DNA from: Leucoraja ocellata
Taxonomy: Eukaryota
Length of the DNA: 64,000 bases
Reading direction: 5' to 3'
Assembly (NCBI GenBank): GCA_036785375.1
Contig: JAWMAR010000116.1
Span: 2,046,001 to 2,110,000 of the forward strand
Numbering within the stretch: the stretch's first letter is position 1; every line of letters starts with the position of its first letter. This document shows, one piece after another, positions 1-16,400 of the stretch. The notes under the pieces were generated by a model. That model made no database searches, was not told the origin of the DNA, and worked only from the letters and a program-made list of their open reading frames with translations. The position numbers were made by a program, and so were the translations under genes.

Positions 1-1
1 A

Positions 2-3000
2 ACATCATTTGAGACCACATCAATGCTGACACCATCTGAGAGAAGCTCAACAGTAACCCAAAATACTACACCAGTTGAGACCAAATCAACAACAACACAA
101 GCTGAAACAACTACAGCCTGTGAGACCTCATCAACAGTGTTACCAGATGTGACCGACACAACAGTAACGCCAACAGAGTCCACCTCTGCATCTACACCTG
201 CTGAGACCACCTCAACAGTGATATCCGTTGAGGCCACCTCAACAACTACACCAAGTGAGACCATCCCAACAGCTACAACTGATAAGATCACTCCAACAGT
301 GACACTAGCTGTGACCACCTCAGCAGCAACACAAACTGAGACCACCGTAACGGCAACACCAGCTGAGACCAGCTCAGTAGCTAAACGAGCTGAGCCCATC
401 TCAACTATTACACCGGCTGACTCCACATCAACAGCTTTACCAGCTGAAACCATTGCAACATTGATTACCTCAACAGCAGCAGCTGCTGAGACCACTGCAA
501 CTGCTGCACCAGTTGAGACCACCTTAATAGCATCACCAGATGAGACCATCTCAACAGTGACACCAGATGAGACCACCATCAACCCTATAGCAGCTGAGAC
601 CACATCAACAATGACACCAGCTAAGACCATCTCAACAGCAAATCCATTTAACAGCAGGTCAACGACGCTAGATGAGGCCAGCTCAGCTACTACACCAGTT
701 GAGACCACATCAACAACCACACAAGCTGAGTCTACTTCAAGAACTACACCAGGTGAGACCACCTCATCAATCACACTAGCTGAGGCCACCTCATCTAATC
801 CAGATCTGACCACCTTAAAAGCAACACCAGCTGAGACCACCTCAACCCTAACCCAAGCAGACATCACCTCAACAGCGACACTATCAGAGACCACTTCAAC
901 AAATGCACCTGCAGAGACTATCTCAACAGCAACATCATTTGAGACCACATCAATGCTGACACTATCTGAGATAGCCTCAACAGTAACCCAAGACATAACA
1001 TCGACAGTAACACCAGCTGAGAGCACCTTAACGACTACACAAGCTGAGACCATCTCAACAACTATGCCTGGTGTGACCTCCTCAGCAAATACACCAGTTG
1101 ATATCACCACAACAGCAACACCAGTAGAGACCACTTTAACAACTGTACTAGCTGAGGCTACTTCAGCAGTAACAACAGCTGAGACCACCTCAGCAGCAAT
1201 ACAGGCTGCGACCACCTCAACAGATGAGACCTTCTCAACAGTGATCCCAGCTGAGACCACCTCTACAGTGACACCAGCAGAGACTAGCTCAACAATGACA
1301 CCAGCTAAGACCATCTCAACAACAACTCCATTTAACAGCAGGACAACAACAATGCTAGTTGAGGCCACCTCAACAACCGCATCTGCAGAGACTATCTCAA
1401 CAGCAACATCATTTGAGACCACCTCAATGTTGACACCAGCTGAGAGAACCTCAAAGGTATCCCAAGACACATCGACAAAAACACCAGCTGAAACCACCTC
1501 AACAGCTACACTAGGTGAAACTATTACAACAGCTGCACAAACTGAGACCATCTCAAAAGTAACACCAGCTGAGACTACCTCAACTACTACACTAACAGAG
1601 ACTATCTCAAAAGTAACACCAGATGAGATCACCTCAACAGTAACATCAGCTGAGACTACTTCAATAGTATCATCAGCTGAGGCCTCCTCAGCAAATGCAC
1701 CAGCTGAGACCACCACAAGAGCATCGCAAGTGGAGTCCAGCACAACAGCAATGCCGGCTGTGACCACTCCTACAGTGACACGATCTGAGACCATCTCAAA
1801 AGCAACACCAACACAGGCCCTTTCAATAACTACTTCGGCAAAGACCATCTTCACATCTATAGTTGAGACCACTCCAACAGTGGCACCAGCTGAGACCACT
1901 GTGACAACCAGGCCCCCAGAGACTACCTCCACAACTACACCAGTTGAAACCAATCCAACAGCAACACCAGCTGAGGCATCTACACCCACAACACCAGTTG
2001 AGACCACCTCAATAGAGAGACCAGCGCAGATCACCGCGACAACGACAGAGGCTGAGAACACCTCAACAGTTACACCAGGTGAGTCCACTTCAACAAGTAC
2101 AGCAGGTGAGACCAGGTCAACAGCGACAGTGGCTAAGGTATTCTCAACATCTATGTCAGCTGCGATCACCTCGTCAATTTCTCCAGGCGAGGGAACCTCA
2201 ATATTTACACCTGGTGGGACGAGCTCAACAACTACCCCAAGTGTGACCATCTCCACAATGACTCCACCTGTAACCACCCCAAGAGAGATAACAGCAGAGA
2301 CAGCTTCAACTGTGAGTCCGGCTGAGACCACCTCACCAGTGACACCTGCTGAGACCACCTCAGCAGCGACATCAGCTGAGACCATCCCAACAACTACTCC
2401 AGATGGCATGAACCCAACAACTACACCAAGAGGGATCAGATCAACAGCAACACCAGCTGAGACCAGCTCAATTATTACACCAGCTGACTCCATAACAACA
2501 GCTTCAGCAGCTGAAACCATTGCAACGGTGACACAAGCTGACACCACCTTAATAGCATCGGCAGCTGAGACCATCTCAACAGTGACACCAGATGAGACCA
2601 CCTTCAACGTTATAGCAGCTGAGACAACTTCAACAATGTCACCAGCTAAGACTATCTCAACAGCAACTCCATTTGACAGCAGGTCACCAACACCAACTGA
2701 GGCCAGCTCAAGCACTACACCAGTTGAGACCATGTCAACAACTGCAGAGACAACCTCAAGAATTACACAAGGTGAGACCACCTCAATAATTACATTAGCT
2801 GAGGCCACCTCAACAACTAAGCCAGATCAGACCAACTTAACAGCGAAAACCTTCTTAACAGCGATACAAGATGAGACCAGTGAAACTACACCAACTGTGA
2901 CCACTCTTACAGTGAAGCCATCTGAGATCACCTCAAAAACGTCACTGACAAAAGTCAATTCAACAACTTCACCGGCTGAGACCACTCCTTTAGCCGCACC

Positions 3001-4450
3001 AGTTGAGGCATCTTCATCCATAACACCAGGTGAGACCAACTCAAGAGAGAGAACAAGTGAGACTATATCAACAGTGAGACCATCTGAGACCATCTCAACA
3101 ACAACACCAGATACACCCATCCCAACAGTGACACTGCTCAAGACCAGCACGACTAAACCAGCTGTGACCACTCCTACAGCCACAACATCTGGGACCACTT
3201 CATCAACTACACGCACGGAGACAACTTCCACAGCTACACATGTTGAGACCAATCCAACAGCAGCACCAGATGAGACCAGCTCAAGAACGATTCCAGCTGA
3301 GATCGGTTCAACAGCGACATCAGCTGAGACTACATCAACAATTACACCAACTGAGACCACCATAACTATGACCTCAGAAGAGACCACCTCTTCAGTAACA
3401 CGAGTTGAGACTACCTCAACAGTGACAGAAGCTGAGACCACCTCAACAGTTACACCAGGTGAGACCACTTCAACAAGTACACCAGGTGAGAGCAGGTCAA
3501 CAGCGACAGCAGTTGAGGTATTCACAACAGCTAAATCATCTGAGACCACTTCATCAATTACCCCAGGTGAGACAAATGCAACATCCATACCTGGTGGGAA
3601 GAGTCGAATAACTACACCGAGTTCGACCATCTCAATGACAGTAGCTGAGACCACCACAACAGCAATACCAGCAGAGACAGTGACATCAGCTGAGGCCACC
3701 ACACCTGCTGAGACTACCTCAGCAGCAACACCAGTTGAGACCATCTCAATTGCTGCACCAGCAGAGACCATCCCAAAACTAGCAGAGACCATCCCAAAAC
3801 TAGCTGAGACCAGAACAACAACTGCACCAGCAGTGACCACTCCTACACTGACATCATCTGACACTACCTCAGAAGCAACACCAGCACAGGCCACTTCAAC
3901 AACTACATTGGCAAAGACCATCTCCACAACTATACTAGTTGAGACCACTCCAACAGCAGCACCAGCTGAGACAAGCTCAACAGAACCACCAGCTGAGATC
4001 ACTTCAACAACCACTCTCACAGACACCACCTACACAACTCTACCAGTTAAGACCAGCTCAACATCGATACCAGCGGAGATCACCTCAACAGCAACAAAGA
4101 CTTTCTCAACAGTTACACCAGGTGAGACCAGTTCAACAAGTGCATCAAGTGAGACCAGGTCAACAGCGACAGCAGCTGAGAGCACCTTATCAACAACCTC
4201 AACATCTACACCAAGTGCGACCACCACATCAATGACAGTAGCTGAAACCACCCCAATGGAGATACCAGCAGAGACTGCCTCAAGAGTTACACCAGCAGAA
4301 ACCACCCCAGCAACTACTTCAGGTGAGACCAACCCAAAAGCTACACCAAGTGGGACCAGCTCAAGAGTGCCACAAACTGAGACCACCTCGACAATGACAT
4401 TATCTGAGAGTTCAACAACTAAGGCAGCTGAGACAACTACAACAAATACA
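2..4450 (+). repeat. Degenerate Pro-containing 27-bp coding repeat (approx. TPAETTSTV)
   Basis: Recurrent acaccagctgagaccacctcaaca motif; highly diverged copies, with older block duplications (e.g. TPDETT..IAAETTSTM.PAKTISTA.PF.SR near 560-660 and 2585-2685). Confidence 0.85.
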
Positions 4451-7400
4451 CCCACAGGGATAACAGCCCAAAGTACAACAGGACAAACATCTTCCCAAAT
4501 TACTGCAGGAGAGATCATGTCCCCATCTACTGGAGGAGAGACCATGGCACAAACTACTGCAGGAGAGACCACAACACAAACTACTTCAGGAAAGACCATG
4601 CCCAAAACTGCTGCAGAAGAGACAATGTCCCAAACTACAACAGGAGAGAGATTGTCCCAATCTACTACAGGAGAGGTCACGTCCCAAACTACTGCAGGAG
4701 ATACCACGGCCCAAACAACTCCAGGAAATATCATGTCCCCAATTACAATGGGAGAGAAGATGTCCCTGTCTACTGCAGGGGAGATAATGTCCCGAATGAC
4801 AACAGGAGAGAGTATGTCCCAAAGTACAACAGGAGAGACCACGGCCCAAACTACTGCAGAAGAGATAACATCAAAAACTACCATGGGAGAGATCAATTTC
4901 CCATCTACTGTGGGGGAGACTACATCCCTAAATATTGAAGGAGAGACTATGTCTCAATCAACAACAGGAAAAATCAAATCTCAAAGTACTGACGGAGAAT
5001 CCACAACTCAAACTACTGCAGGAGAGACTCTGTCCCAAAGTAGAATAGGAGAGACAACAATACAACCTACCACAGAAGAGATCATGTCCCAAACTGCAAC
5101 AGGGGAGACGATGTCCGAATCTACTGCAGAAACCAAAGCAAAAACTACTGCAGGAGAGACCATATCCCTAACTACTGAAGGATCGTTCATGTCCCAATCC
5201 ACAGCAGGAGAGACCACGGTCGACACTATCTTTGGAGAGATCATGTCTGAAATTACAACAGGAGAGACCATATCACAATCTACTGCAGGACAAAACATGG
5301 CCCAAACTGCTTCAGGAGAGACTTTGTCCCAAACTATTGAAGAAGCGACCACATTTGAAACTTCTGCAGGAGAGACCATGTTGCAAACTACAACCAGAGG
5401 GAATACATCCCAAACTACAAAAGGAGAGATGATATCCCAGTCTACAACAGGAGGGAACACATCCCAAGCTACTGCAGGAGAGACAATGGCCCAAACGTCT
5501 GCAGGAACGATTGTGTCTCCGACTACAACAGGAGAGACAACGACCCAGTTTACTGCAGGGGAGATGAAGTCCCAAACCACAGTAGGAGAGAGTATATCCC
5601 AAACTATTGCAGGGGAGACCACAGCCCAAAGTACTGCAGGAGAGACCACATCTGAAAATACTAGAGGAGTGACAATGTCTCAATCTACAACAGGAAAAAT
5701 CATGTCTCAAACTATTGAAGGTGAAACCACGTCCCAAACTGCTGCAGGAGAGTCCATGTATGAAACTACAGCAGGAGAGACAATAGCCCAGACTACTGCA
5801 GGAGAGACAAAGTTCAAACCTACCACAGGAGAGATCATGTCCCAAACTGCATACGAACAGACCATATCCCAAATTATTGCAGGAGAGACCACATCCCAAA
5901 GTACAACAGGACAGATGTTCCAAACTACAGCAGGAGAGACCATGTCTCAAACTATTACAGGAGGGACCACATCCCAAACTACAACAGGAGAGACTACAGC
6001 CCAAACAACTGCAGGAGAGATGATGTCCCAGAGTACAACTGGAGATACAATGTCTCAATCTACTACAATAGAGACCATGTCTCAAACTATTGCAGGAGAG
6101 ACTACGGCCCAAGCTACTGCAGTAGAGACAACATCTCAAACTACTGCAGGAGAGGCGATGTCCCAATATATATCCCAACCTACAACTCGAAAAATTTCAT
6201 CCTTAAGTACTCAAGGAGATTTCACGTTGAAAACTACCACAGGAGATACCATGTCCCAAACTACAACAGGAGAGACGATATTCCAAAGTACAACAGGTGA
6301 GACCACAGCTCAAACAAATGCAGGAGTGATCACATCCCAAACTACTGCAGAACAGGACATGTCCCAATCAACTGTGGGAGAGACTATATCCCAAGTTAGG
6401 GCAGGAGAGACAACATCCCAAACTACTTCAGGAGAAACCATATCCCTAACTACTGAAGGAGAGATCATGTCCCAATCTACAACAGGACAAGTCATGTCTC
6501 TAACTAGTGAAGGTGAAACTACGTCCCAATCTACTGCAGGAGAGGCCATCACCCACGCAACTGAAGGAGAGACAACATCCCAATCTACCACAGATGAAGT
6601 CATGTCCCAAACTGCAACAGAAGAAACCACATCCCAAACTATTGCTGGAGAGATGATGCTTCAATCTACTATAGGAAAGATCAGGTCACAAACTACTACG
6701 GAAGAAGACATGACCCAAACTATTGAAGGAGAGACCATATCCCGATCTATAACTGGAAAGATCATATCCCAAAGTACTGACGGGGTATTAATGTCCCAAA
6801 CTACCACAGGGAAGATTACGTCCCAAACTACCACAGGGAAGATTACGTCCCAAACGACTGCAGGAGAGACCAAGCCCCAACATACAACAGGACAGACATT
6901 GTTCCAAACTACCATAGAAGAGATCATCGCCCAAAATACTGCTGAAGAGATCACGTCCCAAACTAGAACAGATGAGACCACTTCCCTACCTACTGCAAGA
7001 GAGACCAGACCCCAAAGTACAATAGAACAGACAACATCACAAATTACCACAGGAGTGATCATGTCTGAAACTGAGACTACCACAGGAAGGACCATATCCC
7101 AAACTACTGCAGGAGAGCTCATGTCCCAATCCACTGCAGGTGACACCACGGCCCAAACTACCAAAGGAGAGATCATGTCCGAAACTACAACAAACAAGAC
7201 AACATCAAAACCTCCCACAGGAGAGATCATGACACAAACTACTGCAGGAGAGACCATGTCCCATTCTCCTGCCAGAGAGACTACATCCAAAACTACAATA
7301 GGACAGACATTGTCCCAAATTACTACAGGAGAGATCATGTCCCAAACTACTGTAAGAGAGTTCACGGCCCAAACTACTGAAGGAGCGACAACGTCCCAAA

Positions 7401-10400
7401 GTACAACAGGAGAGTCCATGGCCCAAACTATTGCAGAGGAAACCACATCTGAAACTTCTGCCGAAGTGACCATTTCCCAAACTACAACAGGTGAGATCAT
7501 TTCTCAAATTACAACAGGAGAAACAATGTCCCAATCTACCACAAGAGGGACTGCATTCCAAACTACTGTGGGAGAGACCACGGCCCAAACTAGTGAAGGA
7601 AAGATCATGTCCCCAACTACAACAGGAGAGACAATGTCCCAGTCTACTGCAGGCGAGTTGATGCCCCAAACTACAGCAGGAGAGAGCATGTCACAAAGTA
7701 CAACAGGAGGGATTATATTGCAAACTATTACAGCAAGGATCACATCTGAAACCACTACAGGAGAGACAACATCACGAACTCCAACAGGTGAGACCACGAC
7801 CCCAACTACTGAAGGAGAGACCATGTCCCTATCTACATCAGGAAAAATGTCTCAAACTACTGAAGGTGAAATCACGTCCCAAACTACTGCAGGAGAAACC
7901 ACATCCCAATCTTCTGCAGGTGAGACCATGGACCAAACTACTGCAGCAGAGAGGACATCAAAAACGACCTCAGGAGAGATCTCGTCCCAACATACAACAG
8001 GACAGACATCATCCCAAATTACTGCAGGAGAGATCATGTCCCAATCTACAACAGGAGGGATAATGTCACAGTCTACTGCAGGGCAGACCATGTCCCCAGC
8101 GACTGCAGTAGAGACCACATCCCAAAGTACAAGAGAGACAATATCACAAACTCCTACAGGAGAGACCACATCTCAAACAATTGTTGGTGAGACTATGGCC
8201 CAAACTACTGCAGGAGAGACTGCATCGCAAACTACGGCAGGAGTCACCACGACACAAAGTACCGCAGGAAACGCAACATCCCAAACTATTGCAGGAGAGA
8301 TGATGTCCCAAGCTACATCAAGAGAGACAACATCCCAAATTACAACAGGAGAGACCACACCCCAAACTACTGCAGAGATGACAATGTCCCAAACTACAGC
8401 TGGAGAGACTACATCTCGAAGTACAACAAGGGAGACGACAGCCCAAACAACTGTAGGAGAGATCATGTCCAAGGCTACATCAGAATTGAACATATCCCAA
8501 ACTATTGCAGAAGAGATCAAATCCCAAACTACAACAGGAGGGACCACAGCCCAAACTCCTGCAGGAAAGACAATGTCAAAAACTACCACAGGAAAGATCA
8601 CCTCACAAACTATTGTTGGAGAAACCATGTCCCAAACTACTCCAGGAAAAACCACATCCCTAACTACTGAAGGACAGCCCATGTCCCAATCCACATCAGG
8701 AAAAATCATATCCCAAAGTACTGAAGGAGAATCCACATCCAAAACTACCACAGGAGAGATCATTACACAAACTACTGCAGGCATGATGATGCCTCAAACT
8801 ACAAGAGAGACCATGTCTCAGTCTACTGCAGGTGAGATAATGTCCCAAATTACAGTGCGAGAGATGACGTCCCAGAGTACAACAGAAGAGACAATGTCTC
8901 AATCTACTACAGGAGAGATCATATCTCAAACTACATCAGAAGAGACCACATCCCAAACTACTGTAGAACAGACCATGTCCCAAACATCAACAGGTGTGAC
9001 CATGTCCCAATCCACTACAGGAGAAACAACACCCCAACTTACTGCAGGGGTTATGATGTCCCAAACTACAGAAGAAGATACAATATCTCAAAGTGCAATG
9101 GGAGAGACCATGTCCCAAACTATTGCAGGAGAGACCGTGTCCCAAACGACTACAGGAGAGACTATGTCAAAATCTAATGCAGAAGAAATCATGTCCCAAA
9201 CTACAATAGGAGAAACCAGCTCCCTATCTACTGAAGGAGAGACCATGTCCCAATCAACAATAGAGAAAATCATATCCGAAAGTACTGAAGAATCCATAGG
9301 ATTATCCAAAACTACCACAGGAGAGACAGCATCCCAAACTACTGCAGGAGTGACCACGACCCAAACTACTGCCATAGAGCCAACATCCCAAACTACTGCT
9401 GGAGTGATCACATCCCATCATACAATAGGACAGACATTATCCCAAATTACAGCAGTGATCATGTCCCAAACTACAACAGGAGAGACAATGTCGCAGCCCA
9501 CATCCACAGAAAATACCACATCCCAAACAACTACAGTAGAGACCACGTCCCAAAGTACAACAGGAAAGACAACGACCCAAACTATTGCAGGAGAGACTAC
9601 GGCGCAAAGAACTGCAGGAGAGACAACACTTCAAATAACAGCAGGAGAGATCACATCCAAAACCACTACAGGAGAGACAATGTCCCAAACTCGAACAGGG
9701 GAGACCACAGCCCAAAGGACAACAGGAGAGATCACGGCCCAAAATACTGCAGGAGAGACAGTGTCAAAAACTAACACAGGAGAATCCATGTCCCAAACTA
9801 CTGCAGGAGAAACAACATCCGTAACTACTGAAGGAGAGATCATGTCCCAATCTACAATAGGAATAATCATATTGCAAAGTACTGACGGGGAATCCACACC
9901 CACCACTTCCATAGGAAAGAACACATCCCAAATTACTACAGGAGAAACCATGTCCCATAGTAGAACAGGAGAGACGGTGTCCCAGACTACTGCAGGAGTG
10001 ACCACATTCCAAACTTCAGCAGAACAGACCACGTCTCAAACTACAAATGGAGAGACCATGTCCCAATCTAAAACAGTGGAGGCCACATCCCAAAGTACTG
10101 CAGGAGAGATGACGCCCCAAACTACAGCAGGAGAGTCTATGTCCCAAAGTACAACAGGAGAGACTACAGCCCAAACCTCTGAAGGGGGGACCACATCCCA
10201 ACTTACAACAGGACTGTCACCCCTCCAAACTACAGCAGGAGGGCTAATGTTACAAACTACAGAAGGAGAGACAATGCCCCAAGCTATCACAGAAGAGACC
10301 ATGTCTCAAACTGTAACAGGACAGACAATGTCCCAAATCACTGCTGGAGAGACACAAGCTGAAACTACTGCAGGAGAAACAATGGCCCAAACTACTGTAG

Positions 10401-13400
10401 GAGAGACCACATCCCAACGTACAACAGGCCAGACATCATTCCAAACTACTACAAGAGAGATCACATCCAAAACTAATACAGGTGAGACGATGTCCCAAAC
10501 TACTACAGAATTGACCTCATCTCAAACTTTTGCGGAACAGACCATGTCCCAATCTACTACAGTAGAGACCACATCCCAAACTACTGCAGGAGAGATGACA
10601 TCCCAGACTACAGCAGGAAAGTCAATGTCCCAAAGTACAACAGGAGAGACCACGGCCCACATCTCAGAAGGGGAGACCACATCCCAGCTTACAACAGGAC
10701 AGTCATCGTCGCAAACTAATGCAGGAGAGATAGTGTCACAAACTATTGAAGGAAAAACAACATTCCAAATTATTACAGAAGAGACCATGTCTCAAACTGT
10801 AACAGGATGGATGATGTCCCAAATCACTGCAGGAGAGACAACAGCTGAAACTACTGCAGGAGAGACAACGTCCCAAATTACTGCAGGAGAGACCACGTTA
10901 AAAACTACAATAGGAGAGCCCATGTCCCAGACTACAACAGGAGAGACGATGTCACAATCTAAACTAGCAGAAACCACATCCCAAAGTACAACAGGAGGGA
11001 CAATGGCCCAAACAACTGCAGGAGAGACGATGTCCCAATCTACTACAGGAGAGACCACATCCCAAACTACTGCAGGAGAGACCACGACTCAAACTACATT
11101 AGGAGGGACCTTGTCCCAAACACCAACAGTCGAGAACACAGCCCAAACTACTGCAGGCGAGACCACGTTAAAAACTACCATAGGAGAGATCACGTCCCAA
11201 ACTGCAGCAGAACAGACTATGTCCCAAACTACTGGAGGAGAGATGATGTCCCAAAGTACAGGAAAGTACACTACCACCGAAAAGACAATGTCTCAATCTA
11301 CTACTGATGAGACCACGTCCCAAATTATTGCAGGAGAGACCACAGCCAATGCTACTACTATTGAGACAACATCCCAAACTACTGCAGGAGAGACCACATT
11401 TCAAACTACTGCAGAACAGACCATGTCCCAAACTATGACAGGAGAGACCATGTCCCAAACTGCAACAGGTGAGATCAAGGCCCAAACTACAGTAGTACAG
11501 ACCTCGTCCCAAACTATTGGAGGAGAGACTATGGCCAAAGCTACTGCAATAGAGCCAACATTCCAAAATGCTGCAGGTGTATCTATGACCCAAAGTACTG
11601 CTGTAAAGACAACATTCCAAACTATTGCAGGAAAGATGACATCCGTAAGTACTACAGAAGACATGATGTCCCAAACTACTGTAGGAGAGATCATATCCCA
11701 AGCTGTTGTAGGAGAAATCACATCCCCAACTACTGAAGGAGTGACCATGTCCCAATCTACATCAGGACAAATTGTAACCCAAAGCACTGAAGGTGAAACC
11801 ACATCCAAAACTACTGCAGGAGGAACAACAGCCAAAACTACTGCAGGAGAGATTACAGACCAAGCTCCAATAGGAGAGAAAATGTCCGAAACTACCAGAG
11901 GAGGGACCACATCCCAAACTATTGCAGGAGAGACCATGTCCCGGAGTACAACAGGAGAGACAATGTCTCAATCTATTACAGGAGAGACTACATCCAGAGC
12001 TATTGCAGGAGAGACTATGGCCCAAGCTACTGGAGGAGAGACAACATCTCAAACTACTGTAGGAGAGATCACACCTGAAACTACTACATGGAAGTCCCAA
12101 ACTGCAACAGGTGAGACCACGGCAGTGGAGACCGCGACCCCTGCTACTTCAGGAGAGACGATGTCCCAAACTACAATAAGAGTGACCACGTTCCAATCAA
12201 CCACAACAGAGACCACATCCCAAATTACAGCAGGAGAGATTACATCCCAACGTACAATAGGACAGACATTGTCCCAAACTACCGCAGGAGTTGTCATGTC
12301 CCAAACTACTGAAGGAGAGACAACGTCCCAAACTACGTCTCAAATGGCAACAGGAATGAATATGTCCCAAATTACTGCAGGATTTGCCTCATCCCAAACT
12401 TCTGCAGAACAGACCATATCTCAAACTACAACCGGAGAGACCATGTCCCAATCTACTACAGTAGAGACTACATCTCAAACTACTGCAGGACAGATGCCAT
12501 TCCAAACTACAGCAGGAGAGTCTATGTTCCAAAGTACAACAGGAGAGACTACAGCCCCAACCTCTGAAGGGATAACCACATCCCAACTTACAACAGGGCA
12601 GTCATCGTCACAAACTACTGCAGGAGAGACAATGGCCCAAACTACTGAAGGAGAGACAACGTTAAAAACTACCATAGGAGAGCACAGATCCAAAACTACT
12701 GCAGAACAGACTATGTCCCAAACTACTGGAGGAGAGATGATGTCCCAAAATGCAACAAAGTACACTAACACAGAAGAGACGATGTCTCAATCTACTACCG
12801 ATGAGATCACGTCCCAAACTATTGCAGAAGAAACCACGGCCCATGCTACTGCAGTTGAGACAACATCCCAAACTACTGCAGAACAGACCATGTCCCAAAC
12901 TACAACAGGAGAGACCATGTCCCAAACTGCAACAGGTGAGATCACAGCCCAAGCTACCGCAGTAGAGACCTGGTCCCAAACTACAAGAGGAGAGATGATG
13001 GCCCAAAGTACAACAGGGGAGACCACATCCCAAACTACTCCTGGAGAAACCATGTCGAGTACAACAGGAGAGACAATGTCTCAGTCTACTACAGGAGAGA
13101 TCACGTCCAGAAATATTGCAGGAGAGAGCACGGCCCAAGCTACTGCAATTGAGACCTCGTCCCAAACTACTGGAAGAGAGGAGATGTTCCAAAATACAAC
13201 AGGGGAGACCATGTCTCAAACTACTGCAGGAGAGCCCACGTTCACAACTATTTCAGGAAAGAGCATGGCCCAAGCTACTGGAGGAGGGACAACATCCCAA
13301 ATTATTGAGGGTGTAACCGTGGCCAAAAGTACTGCAGCAGATGCAAAATCACAAACTATTGCTGGAGAGATGACATCCAAAATTACTGCAGGAGAGAAAA

Positions 13401-16400
13401 TGGCTCAAACTACTGAAGGAGAGATGACATTAAAAACTACTATAGGAGAGGCCACGTCCCAAACTATTGCAGAACAGACCATCTCCCAAACTACTGGAGG
13501 AGAGGTGATGTCCAAAACCACAATTCGGGAGACGATGAGCAAAATTACTGCAGGAAAGACAATGGTCAAAGCTACTATAGGAGCAACCATGGCCCAAACT
13601 ACTACAGGAGAAACCATGGCCCAAACTACTGCAGGAGAGACCTCAGATGAGACAACGTTAAAAACTACCACAGGAGAGATCACGTCACAATCTACTGTTG
13701 GGGAGACCACATCCCAAACTATTCCAGGAGAGACTATGGCCCAAAATACTGCAGTAGAGATAACATCCAAAACAACTACAGGAGAGATCACATCTGAAAC
13801 TACTACAGGAGAGATAATGTCCCAATCTACTGCCGTAGTGACCACATCCCAAACTACTACAGAACAGTTCATGTCCAAAACTATATCAGGAGAGTCCATG
13901 TCTCAATCTACTACAGTAGAGCCCACATCCCAAACTGTTGTAAGAGAGATCACATCGGCAACTATTACAGGAGAGACAATGCCTCAAACTGCAACAGGTG
14001 AGACCACGGCCCAAACTATTGCAGTAGAGACCTCGTTCCAGACTACTGCAGGACAGATTATGTCCCCAAGTACAACTGGGGAGACAATGTTGCAGAGTAC
14101 AACAAGAGAGACAATGTCTCAATCTATTACAGGAGAGACCACATCCAGTATAACAGAAGAGACTATGTCCCAAGCTACTGGTGGAGAGACAACATCCCAA
14201 ACTACTACTGGCATGACCAGGACCCGAAGTCCTGCTGGAGAGATAACATCCCAAACTACTGCAGGAGAGATAACATCCCTAACTACTGCAGGAGAGACCA
14301 CATTTCAACGTACAACAGGACTGACATTGTCCAAAACTACTGCAGGAGAGATCACGTCCCAAACCTCTAAAGGACAGACAACATCCCAAACTATCACCGA
14401 AGAGACCAATTCTCAAACTACAACAGGACAGAAGATGTCCCAAAATACTGCAGGGGCTACCAAGACCAAAACTACTGCAGGAGAGACCATGTCCCTATCT
14501 AATACAGGAGAGTCTATGTCCCAATCTACTACATTAGAGACCACATCCCAAACTACTGCAGCAGATATCACTTCTGAAACTACTACAGGAGAGACATTGT
14601 CCCAAACAGCAAGAGGTGAGACCACAGTCCAAATTACTGTAGTAGAGACCATGTCCCTGAGAACAATGGGAGAGACGATGTCTCAATCTACTACAGGAGA
14701 GAACACATCCAGAACTATTGCTGGAGAGACTATGGCCCAATCTACTGGAGCAGAGACAACATCCCAAACTACTGCAGGAGAGATGACATCTGAAATTACT
14801 ACAGAAGAAACCATATCCCAAACTGCTGCTGGAGAATCCATATCCCTAACTACTGATGGAGAGACCACATCCAAACTTACAACAGGCCAGACATCATTCC
14901 AAACTACTTCAGGAGATATCACATCCAAAACTAATACAGGAAAGATAATGTCCCAAACAATAGCAGGAGTGACCCAAACTACTGCAGAGCAGACCATGTC
15001 CCAAATTGCAACAAGAGAGTCCATGTCCCAATCGATAACAGAAGAGACCACATCCCAAACTACTGCAGCAGGGATCACATCTGAAACTACTATAGGAGAG
15101 ACAATGTCCCAAACTGCAACGGATGAAATCACGGCCCAAACTACTGTAGTAGATACCTTGTTTCAAACTACTGCAGGGGAGATGATGTCTCAAAGTACAA
15201 CAGGGGAGACTCTGTCCCAAAGTACAACAAGAGAGACTAAAGTCAAAACTACTGCAGGAGAGACCATGTCCCAGAGAACAGTGGGAGAGACAGTGTCTCA
15301 ATCTATTACAGGAGAGACCACATCCACAACTATTGCAGGAGAGAGCACGGCCCAATCTACTGGAGGAGAGGCAACATCCCAAATGACTGCTGGAGAGATG
15401 ACATCTAAAACTACTACAGGAGAGATAATGTCCCAACCTCCTGCAGGAAAAATCACATCCATACCTACTGAAGGAGAGACCACATCCCAATATACAACAG
15501 GACAGACATCATCCCAAACTGCTGCAGGAGAGATCATATCCCAAACTACTGAAGGAGCAATAACATCCCAAACTATCACAGAAGAGAGCTTGTCTCAAAC
15601 CACAACAGGACTAATGGTATCCCAAACTACTGCAGGAGAGACAACCACTGAAACTACTGCTGGAGAGACCACAACCCAAACACCTGTAGGAGAGACAATG
15701 TTAAAAACTACCACAGGAGAGATCATGTCCCAAACTACTGCAGAAAAGACCACATCACTAACTATTGAAATGAAGACCATGCCCCAATCTACAACAGGAA
15801 AAATCATTTCCCAAAGTATTGAAGAAGAAACCACATCCAAAATTACCATAGGAGAGACCGCGTCCCAAACTACTGCAGGAGAGACCATGTTCCAGAATAC
15901 AACAGGAGAAATTATGTCTAAATCTATTACAGGAGAGGCAGCGACCCAAACAATTGCACCAGTGACTACGGCCCAAACTACTGCAGGAGAGCTGACATCT
16001 GAAATTACTACAGCAAAGACAATGTTCCAAACTAGTTCAGGAGTGACATCCCAAACAACTGCAGAACAGACCATGTTCCAATCTACTACAGACGAGACCA
16101 CATTCCAAACTACTGCAGGAGTGACCATGCCCCAAACAACTGCAGGAGAGACCATGACCAAGAGTACAGTGGGGAAGACAATGACCCAATCTACTACAGG
16201 AGAGAACATATCCAGAACTATTGCAGGAGAGACTACGGCCCAAGCTACTAGAGGAGACACAACACCCCAAACTGCTGCTGGAGAGATGACATCCAAAACT
16301 ACTACAGGAGGGACAACGTCCCAAACTACTGCAGGAAAGAAAATGTCCCAAACTACTGCAGGAGAAACCACATCGCTAACTACTGATGGAGTGACCACAT

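Noticed and set aside
23-25. ATG at 23 as the start codon
   Set aside because: The frame is open from base 2, no signal peptide follows, and the same FETTSMLT motif recurs internally.
3761-3802. 21-bp tandem duplication (AETIPKL x2)
   Set aside because: Real, but an ordinary in-frame slippage event.
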